Of a stretch of DNA of 64,000 nucleotides, positions 54,201 to 64,000 are shown piece after piece (position 1 is the first letter of the stretch; every line of letters begins with the position of its first letter). This stretch comes from Nemertoderma westbladi (lineage: Eukaryota; Animalia; Xenacoelomorpha): contig JAUCBJ010008126.1 of NCBI GenBank assembly GCA_032718475.1, positions 1 through 64,000 on the forward strand, given 5' to 3'. Position numbers and translations under genes: made by a program. The notes beneath the pieces are model-generated. The model worked only from the letters and a program-made list of their open reading frames with translations. It made no database searches and was not told the origin of the DNA.

Positions 54201-57200
54201 AACAGAAGGTAAGACATACTGGTTCCAGAACAGAAGGTAAGACATACTGGTTCCAGAACAGAAGGTAAGACATACTGGTTCCAGAACAGAAGGTAAGACA
54301 TACTGGTTCCAGAACAGAAGGTAAGACATACTGGTTCCAGAACAGAAGGTAAGACATACTGGTTCCAGAACAGAAGGTAAGACATACTGGTTCCAGAACA
54401 GAAGGTAAGACATACTGGTTCCAGAACAGAAGGTAAGACATACTGGTTCCAGAACAGAAGGTAAGACATACTGGTTCCAGAACAGAAGGTAAGACATACT
54501 GGTTCCAGAACAGAAGGTAAGACATACTGGTTCCAGAACAGAAGGTAAGACATACTGGTTCCAGAACAGAAGGTAAGACATACTGGTTCCAGAACAGAAG
54601 GTAAGACATAACTGGTTCCAGAACAGAAGGTAAGACATACTGGTTCCAGAACAGAAGGTAAGACATAACTGGTTCCAGAACAGAAGGTAAGACATACTGG
54701 TTCCAGAACAGAAGGTAAGACATACTGGTTCCAGAACAGAAGGTAAGACATACTGGTTCCAGAACAGAAGGTAAGACATACTGGTTCCAGAACAGAAGGT
54801 AAGACATACTGGTTCCAGAACAGAAGGTAAGACATACTGGTTCCAGAACAGAAGGTAAGACATACTGGTTCCAGAACAGAAGGTAAGACATACTGGTTCC
54901 AGAACAGAAGGTAAGACATACTGGTTCCAGAACAGAAGGTAAGACATACTGGTTCCAGAACAGAAGGTAAGACATACTGGTTCCAGAACAGAAGGTAAGA
55001 CATACTGGTTCCAGAACAGAAGGTAAGACATACTGGTTCCAGAACAGAAGGTAAGACATACTGGTTCCAGAACAGAAGGTAAGACATACTGGTTCCAGAA
55101 CAGAAGGTAAGACATACTGGTTCCAGAACAGAAGGTAAGACATAACTGGTTCCAGAACAGAAGGTAAGACATACTGGTTCCAGAACAGAAGGTAAGACAT
55201 ACTGGTTCCAGAACAGAAGGTAAGACATACTGGTTCCAGAACAGAAGGTAAGACATACTGGTTCCAGAACAGAAGGTAAGACATACTGGTTCCAGAACAG
55301 AAGGTAAGACATACTGGTTCCAGAACAGAAGGTAAGACATACTGGTTCCAGAACAGAAGGTAAGACATAACTGGTTCCAGAACAGAAGGTAAGACATACT
55401 GGTTCCAGAACAGAAGGTAAGACATACTGGTTCCAGAACAGAAGGTAAGACATACTGGTTCCAGAACAGAAGGTAAGACATACTGGTTCCAGAACAGAAG
55501 GTAAGACATAACTGGTTCCAGAACAGAAGGTAAGACATACTGGTTCCAGAACAGAAGGTAAGACATACTGGTTCCAGAACAGAAGGTAAGACATAACTGG
55601 TTCCAGAACAGAAGGTAAGACATACTGGTTCCAGAACAGAAGGTAAGACATACTGGTTCCAGAACAGAAGGTAAGACATACTGGTTCCAGAACAGAAGGT
55701 AAGACATACTGGTTCCAGAACAGAAGGTAAGACATACTGGTTCCAGAACAGAAGGTAAGACATACTGGTTCCAGAACAGAAGGTAAGACATACTGGTTCC
55801 AGAACAGAAGGTAAGACATACTGGTTCCAGAACAGAAGGTAAGACATACTGGTTCCAGAACAGAAGGTAAGACATACTGGTTCCAGAACAGAAGGTAAGA
55901 CATACTGGTTCCAGAACAGAAGGTAAGACATAACTGGTTCCAGAACAGAAGGTAAGACATACTGGTTCCAGAACAGAAGGTAAGACATAACTGGTTCCAG
56001 AACAGAAGGTAAGACATAACTGGTTCCAGAACAGAAGGTAAGACATACTGGTTCCAGAACAGAAGGTAAGACATACTGGTTCCAGAACAGAAGGTAAGAC
56101 ATACTGGTTCCAGAACAGAAGGTAAGACATACTGGTTCCAGAACAGAAGGTAAGACATACTGGTTCCAGAACAGAAGGTAAGACATACTGGTTCCAGAAC
56201 AGAAGGTAAGACATACTGGTTCCAGAACAGAAGGTAAGACATACTGGTTCCAGAACAGAAGGTAAGACATAACTGGTTCCAGAACAGAAGGTAAGACATA
56301 CTGGTTCCAGAACAGAAGGTAAGACATACTGGTTCCAGAACAGAAGGTAAGACATACTGGTTCCAGAACAGAAGGTAAGACATACTGGTTCCAGAACAGA
56401 AGGTAAGACATACTGGTTCCAGAACAGAAGGTAAGACATACTGGTTCCAGAACAGAAGGTAAGACATACGGTTCCAGAACAGAAGGTAAGACATACTGGT
56501 TCCAGAACAGAAGGTAAGACATACTGGTTCCAGAACAGAAGGTAAGACATACTGGTTCCAGAACAGAAGGTAAGACATACTGGTTCCAGAACAGAAGGTA
56601 AGACATACTGGTTCCAGAACAGAAGGTAAGACATACTGGTTCCAGAACAGAAGGTAAGACATACTGGTTCCAGAACAGAAGGTAAGACATACTGGTTCCA
56701 GAACAGAAGGTAAGACATACTGGTTCCAGAACAGAAGGTAAGACATACTGGTTCCAGAACAGAAGGTAAGACATACTGGTTCCAGAACAGAAGGTAAGAC
56801 ATACTGGTTCCAGAACAGAAGGTAAGACATACTGTTCCAGAACAGAAGGTAAGACATACTGGTTCCAGAACAGAAGGTAAGACATACTGGTTCCAGAACA
56901 GAAGGTAAGACATACTGGTTCCAGAACAGAAGGTAAGACATACTGGTTCCAGAACAGAAGGTAAGACATACTGGTTCCAGAACAGAAGGTAAGACATACT
57001 GTTCCAGAACAGAAGGTAAGACATACTGGTTCCAGAACAGAAGGTAAGACATACTGGTTCCAGAACAGAAGGTAAGACATACTGGTTCCAGAACAGAAGG
57101 TAAGACATACTGGTTCCAGAACAGAAGGTAAGACATACTGGTTCCAGAACAGAAGGTAAGACATACTGGTTCCAGAACAGAAGGTAAGACATACTGGTTC

Positions 57201-60200
57201 CAGAACAGAAGGTAAGACATACTGGTTCCAACATACTGGTTCCAGAACAGAAGGTAAGACATACTGGTTCCAGAACAGAAGGTAAGACATACTGGTTCCA
57301 GAACAGAAGGTAAGACATACTGGTTCCAGAACAGAAGGTAAGACATACTGGTTCCAGAACAGAAGGTAAGACATACTGGTTCCAGAACAGAAGGTAAGAC
57401 ATACTGGTTCCAGAACAGAAGGTAAGACATACTGGTTCCAGAACAGAAGGTAAGACATACTGGTTCCAGAACAGAAGGTAAGACATACTGGTTCCAGAAC
57501 AGAAGGTAAGACATACTGGTTCCAGAACAGAAGGTAAGACATACTGGTTCCAGAACAGAAGGTAAGACATACTGGTTCCAGAACAGAAGGTAAGACATAC
57601 TGGTTCCAGAACAGAAGGTAAGACATACTGGTTCCAGAACAGAAGGTAAGACATACTGGTTCCAGAACAGAAGGTAAGACATACTGGTTCCAGAACAGAA
57701 GGTAAGACATACTGGTTCCAGAACAGAAGGTAAGACATACTGGTTCCAGAACAGAAGGTAAGACATACTGGTTCCAGAACAGAAGGTAAGACATACTGGT
57801 TCCAGAACAGAAGGTAAGACATACTGTTCCAGAACAGAAGGTAAGACATACTGGTTCCAGAACAGAAGGTAAGACATACTGGTTCCAGAACAGAAGGTAA
57901 GACATACTGGTTCCAGAACAGAAGGTAAGACATACTGGTTCCAGAACAGAAGGTAAGACATACTGGTTCCAGAACAGAAGGTAAGACATACTGGTTCCAG
58001 AACAGAAGGTAAGACATACTGGTTCCAGAACAGAAGGTAAGACATACTGGTTCCAGAACAGAAGGTAAGACATACTGGTTCCAGAACAGAAGGTAAGACA
58101 TACTGGTTCCAGAACAGAAGGTAAGACATACTGGTTCCAGAACAGAAGGTAAGACATACTGGTTCCAGAACAGAAGGTAAGACATACTGGTTCCAGAACA
58201 GAAGGTAAGACATACTGGTTCCAGAACAGAAGGTAAGACATACTGTTCCAGAACAGAAGGTAAGACATACTGGTTCCAGAACAGAAGGTAAGACATACTG
58301 GTTCCAGAACAGAAGGTAAGACATACTGGTTCCAGAACAGAAGGTAAGACATACTGGTTCCAGAACAGAAGGTAAGACATACTGGTTCCAGAACAGAAGG
58401 TAAGACATACTGTTCCAGAACAGAAGGTAAGACATACTGGTTCCAGAACAGAAGGTAAGACATACTGGTTCCAGAACAGAAGGTAAGACATACTGGTTCC
58501 AGAACAGAAGGTAAGACATACTGGTTCCAGAACAGAAGGTAAGACATACTGGTTCCAGAACAGAAGGTAAGACATACTGGTTCCAGAACAGAAGGTAAGA
58601 CATACTGGTTCCAGAACAGAAGGTAAGACATACTGGTTCCAGAACAGAAGGTAAGACATACTGGTTCCAGAACAGAAGGTAAGACATACTGGTTCCAGAA
58701 CAGAAGGTAAGACATACTGGTTCCAGAACAGAAGGTAAGACATACTGGTTCCAGAACAGAAGGTAAGACATACTGGTTCCAGAACAGAAGGTAAGACATA
58801 CTGTTCCAGAACAGAAGGTAAGACATACTGGTTCCAGAACAGAAGGTAAGACATACTGGTTCCAGAACAGAAGGTAAGACATACTGGTTCCAGAACAGAA
58901 GGTAAGACATACTGGTTCCAGAACAGAAGGTAAGACATACTGGTTCCAGAACAGAAGGTAAGACATACTGTTCCAGAACAGAAGGTAAGACATACTGGTT
59001 CCAGAACAGAAGGTAAGACATACTGGTTCCAGAACAGAAGGTAAGACATACTGGTTCCAGAACAGAAGGTAAGACATACTGGTTCCAGAACAGAAGGTAA
59101 GACATACTGGTTCCAGAACAGAAGGTAAGACATACTGTTCCAGAACAGAAGGTAAGACATACTGGTTCCAGAACAGAAGGTAAGACATACTGGTTCCAGA
59201 ACAGAAGGTAAGACATACTGGTTCCAGAACAGAAGGTAAGACATACTGTTCCAGAACAGAAGGTAAGACATACTGGTTCCAGAACAGAAGGTAAGACATA
59301 CTGGTTCCAGAACAGAAGGTAAGACATACTGGTTCCAGAACAGAAGGTAAGACATACTGGTTCCAGAACAGAAGGTAAGACATACTGGTTCCAGAACAGA
59401 AGGTAAGACATACTGGTTCCAGAACAGAAGGTAAGACATACTGGTTCCAGAACAGAAGGTAAGACATACTGGTTCCAGAACAGAAGGTAAGACATACTGG
59501 TTCCAGAACAGAAGGTAAGACATACTGTTCCAGAACAGAAGTAAGACATACTGGTTCCAGAACAGAAGGTAAGACATACTGGTTCCAGAACAGAAGGTAA
59601 GACATACTGGTTCCAGAACAGAAGGTAAGACATACTGGTTCCAGAACAGAAGGTAAGACATACTGGTTCCAGAACAGAAGGTAAGACATACTGGTTCCAG
59701 AACAGAAGGTAAGACATACTGGTTCCAGAACAGAAGGTAAGACATACTGGTTCCAGAACAGAAGGTAAGACATACTGGTTCCAGAACAGAAGGTAAGACA
59801 TACTGGTTCCAGAACAGAAGGTAAGACATACTGGTTCCAGAACAGAAGGTAAGACATACTGGTTCCAGAACAGAAGGTAAGACATACTGGTTCCAGAACA
59901 GAAGGTAAGACATACTGTTCCAGAACAGAAGGTAAGACATACTGGTTCCAGAACAGAAGGTAAGACATACTGTTCCAGAACAGAAGGTAAGACATACTGG
60001 TTCCAGAACAGAAGGTAAGACATACTGGTTCCAGAACAGAAGGTAAGACATACTGGTTCCAGAACAGAAGGTAAGACATACTGGTTCCAGAACAGAAGGT
60101 AAGACATACTGGTTCCAGAACAGAAGGTAAGACATACTGGTTCCAGAACAGAAGGTAAGACATACTGGTTCCAGAACAGAAGGTAAGACATACTGGTTCC

Positions 60201-63200
60201 AGAACAGAAGGTAAGACATACTGGTTCCAGAACAGAAGGTAAGACATACTGGTTCCAGAACAGAAGGTAAGACATACTGTTCCAGAACAGAAGGTAAGAC
60301 ATACTGTTCCAGAACAGAAGGTAAGACATACTGTTCCAGAACAGAAGGTAAGACATACTGGTTCCAGAACAGAAGGTAAGACATACTGGTTCCAGAACAG
60401 AAGGTAAGACATACTGGTTCCAGAACAGAAGGTAAGACATACTGGTTCCAGAACAGAAGGTAAGACATACTGGTTCCAGAACAGAAGGTAAGACATACTG
60501 GTTCCAGAACAGAAGGTAAGACATACTGGTTCCAGAACAGAAGGTAAGACATACTGGTTCCAGAACAGAAGGTAAGACATACTGGTTCCAGAACAGAAGG
60601 TAAGACATACTGGTTCCAGAACAGAAGGTAAGACATAACGGTTCCAGAACAGAAGGTAAGACATAACTGGTTCCAGAACAGAAGGTAAGACATACTGGTT
60701 CCAGAACAGAAGGTAAGACATACTGGTTCCAGAACAGAAGGTAAGACATACTGGTTCCAGAACAGAAGGTAAGACATACTGGTTCCAGAACAGAAGGTAA
60801 GACATAACTGGTTCCAGAACAGAAGGTAAGACATACTGGTTCCAGAACAGAAGGTAAGACATACTGGTTCCAGAACAGAAGGTAAGACATACTGGTTCCA
60901 GAACAGAAGGTAAGACATAACTGGTTCCAGAACAGAAGGTAAGACATACTGGTTCCAGAACAGAAGGTAAGACATAACTGGTTCCAGAACAGAAGGTAAG
61001 ACATACTGGTTCCAGAACAGAAGGTAAGACATACTGGTTCCAGAACAGAAGGTAAGACATACTGGTTCCAGAACAGAAGGTAAGACATACTGGTTCCAGA
61101 ACAGAAGGTAAGACATAACTGGTTCCAGAACAGAAGGTAAGACATACTGGTTCCAGAACAGAAGGTAAGACATAACTGGTTCCAGAACAGAAGGTAAGAC
61201 ATACTGGTTCCAGAACAGAAGGTAAGACATACTGTTCCAGAACAGAAGGTAAGACATACTGGTTCCAGAACAGAAGGTAAGACATAACTGTTCCAGAACA
61301 GAAGGTAAGACATAACGGTTCCAGAACAGAAGGTAAGACATACTGGTTCCAGAACAGAAGGTAAGACATACTGGTTCCAGAACAGAAGGTAAGACATACT
61401 GGTTCCAGAACAGAAGGTAAGACATACTGGTTCCAGAACAGAAGGTAAGACATACTGGTTCCAGAACAGAAGGTAAGACATACTGGTTCCAGAACAGAAG
61501 GTAAGACATACTGGTTCCAGAACAGAAGGTAAGACATAACGGTTCCAGAACAGAAGGTAAGACATACTGGTTCCAGAACAGAAGGTAAGACATACTGGTT
61601 CCAGAACAGAAGGTAAGACATAACTGTTCCAGAACAGAAGGTAAGACATACTGGTTCCAGAACAGAAGGTAAGACATAACTGTTCCAGAACAGAAGGTAA
61701 GACATAACTGGTTCCAGAACAGAAGGTAAGACATACTGGTTCCAGAACAGAAGGTAAGACATACTGGTTCCAGAACAGAAGGTAAGACATACTGGTTCCA
61801 GAACAGAAGGTAAGACATACTGGTTCCAGAACAGAAGGTAAGACATACTGGTTCCAGAACAGAAGGTAAGACATACTGGTTCCAGAACAGAAGGTAAGAC
61901 ATAACTGGTTCCAGAACAGAAGGTAAGACATACTGGTTCCAGAACAGAAGGTAAGACATAACTGTTCCAGAACAGAAGGTAAGACATAACTGGTTCCAGA
62001 ACAGAAGGTAAGACATACTGGTTCCAGAACAGAAGGTAAGACATACTGGTTCCAGAACAGAAGGTAAGACATACTGGTTCCAGAACAGAAGGTAAGACAT
62101 ACTGGTTCCAGAACAGAAGGTAAGACATACTGGTTCCAGAACAGAAGGTAAGACATACTGGTTCCAGAACAGAAGGTAAGACATACTGGTTCCAGAACAG
62201 AAGGTAAGACATAACGGTTCCAGAACAGAAGGTAAGACATACTGGTTCCAGAACAGAAGGTAAGACATACTGGTTCCAGAACAGAAGGTAAGACATAACT
62301 GGTTCCAGAACAGAAGGTAAGACATACTGGTTCCAGAACAGAAGGTAAGACATACTGGTTCCAGAACAGAAGGTAAGACATACTGGTTCCAGAACAGAAG
62401 GTAAGACATACTGGTTCCAGAACAGAAGGTAAGACATAACTGGTTCCAGAACAGAAGGTAAGACATAACGGTTCCAGAACAGAAGGTAAGACATACTGGT
62501 TCCAGAACAGAAGGTAAGACATACTGGTTCCAGAACAGAAGGTAAGACATACTGGTTCCAGAACAGAAGGTAAGACATACTGGTTCCAGAACAGAAGGTA
62601 AGACATAACTGTTCCAGAACAGAAGGTAAGACATACTGGTTCCAGAACAGAAGGTAAGACATAACTGGTTCCAGAACAGAAGGTAAGACATACTGGTTCC
62701 AGAACAGAAGGTAAGACATAACTGTTCCAGAACAGAAGGTAAGACATACTGGTTCCAGAACAGAAGGTAAGACATAACTGTTCCAGAACAGAAGGTAAGA
62801 CATACTGGTTCCAGAACAGAAGGTAAGACATAACTGTTCCAGAACAGAAGGTAAGACATAACGGTTCCAGAACAGAAGGTAAGACATACTGGTTCCAGAA
62901 CAGAAGGTAAGACATACTGGTTCCAGAACAGAAGGTAAGACATACTGGTTCCAGAACAGAAGGTAAGACATACTGGTTCCAGAACAGAAGGTAAGACATA
63001 CTGGTTCCAGAACAGAAGGTAAGACATACTGGTTCCAGAACAGAAGGTAAGACATACTGGTTCCAGAACAGAAGGTAAGACATACTGGTTCCAGAACAGA
63101 AGGTAAGACATACTGGTTCCAGAACAGAAGGTAAGACATAACGGTTCCAGAACAGAAGGTAAGACATACTGGTTCCAGAACAGAAGGTAAGACATACTGG

Positions 63201-64000
63201 TTCCAGAACAGAAGGTAAGACATAACTGGTTCCAGAACAGAAGGTAAGACATACTGGTTCCAGAACAGAAGGTAAGACATAACGGTTCCAGAACAGAAGG
63301 TAAGACATACTGGTTCCAGAACAGAAGGTAAGACATACTGGTTCCAGAACAGAAGGTAAGACATACGGTTCCAGAACAGAAGGTAAGACATAACGGTTCC
63401 AGAACAGAAGGTAAGACATACTGGTTCCAGAACAGAAGGTAAGACATACTGGTTCCAGAACAGAAGGTAAGACATACTGGTTCCAGAACAGAAGGTAAGA
63501 CATACTGGTTCCAGAACAGAAGGTAAGACATAACTGGTTCCAGAACAGAAGGTAAGACATACTGGTTCCAGAACAGAAGGTAAGACATAACGGTTCCAGA
63601 ACAGAAGGTAAGACATACTGGTTCCAGAACAGAAGGTAAGACATACTGGTTCCAGAACAGAAGGTAAGACATACTGGTTCCAGAACAGAAGGTAAGACAT
63701 ACTGGTTCCAGAACAGAAGGTAAGACATAACTGGTTCCAGAACAGAAGGTAAGACATACTGGTTCCAGAACAGAAGGTAAGACATACTGGTTCCAGAACA
63801 GAAGGTAAGACATAACGGTTCCAGAACAGAAGGTAAGACATAACTGGTTCCAGAACAGAAGGTAAGACATACTGGTTCCAGAACAGAAGGTAAGACATAA
63901 CTGTTCCAGAACAGAAGGTAAGACATACTGGTTCCAGAACAGAAGGTAAGACATACTGGTTCCAGAACAGAAGGTAAGACATAACGGTTCCAGAACAGAA
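45223..64000 (+). repeat. 28-bp satellite CTGGTTCCAGAACAGAAG|GTAAGACATA derived from the homeobox exon 2/intron 2 junction, ~670 copies, open at window end
   Basis: The first unit is the genuine exon end (45223-45240) plus the first 10 intron bases. Repeats continue uninterrupted to 64000. Confidence 0.98.

Noticed and set aside
45103-63982. Three ~6250-aa minus-strand ORFs
   Set aside because: The reverse complement of the 28-mer has no stop triplet in any frame, so all three frames are open automatically. They are antisense to a real gene's intron and have no domain content.
1-64000. CRISPR array interpretation of the 21-48 bp repeats
   Set aside because: Repeats are head-to-tail with no unique spacers, there are no cas genes, and the context is eukaryotic with spliceosomal introns.

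Overview
AT-rich animal (invertebrate) genomic DNA. There is no prokaryotic or CRISPR content, and about 65% of the window is tandem repeat. The very long ORFs in the ORF track are translation artefacts of these satellites. The real genes are short and spliced, all on the + strand. (1) The 3' end of a SNAP-25-type SNARE gene appears as two clear duplicated terminal exons (10376-10444, 12271-12333) and a probable third, divergent and extended copy (3006-3197). (2) A multi-exon gene of unknown function (~21723-26804) carries an antisense 5'-truncated RTE-clade LINE in an intron. (3) An ANTP/NK-like homeobox gene resembles Nedx/lms/ceh-19 (exons ~43167-43587 and 45042-45240). A tRNA-Arg(TCG) lies on the minus strand at 33895-33967. 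The most striking feature is that the homeobox exon 2/intron 2 junction (WFQNR-R codons plus the AG|GTAAGA donor) has been amplified into a >18.7 kb satellite of ~670 28-bp copies that runs off the window end. Also present are a TA-flanked palindromic MITE, Helitron-like elements filled with minisatellite, and short copies of the RTE 3' end. All calls come from reading the sequence by eye; no database searches were run.
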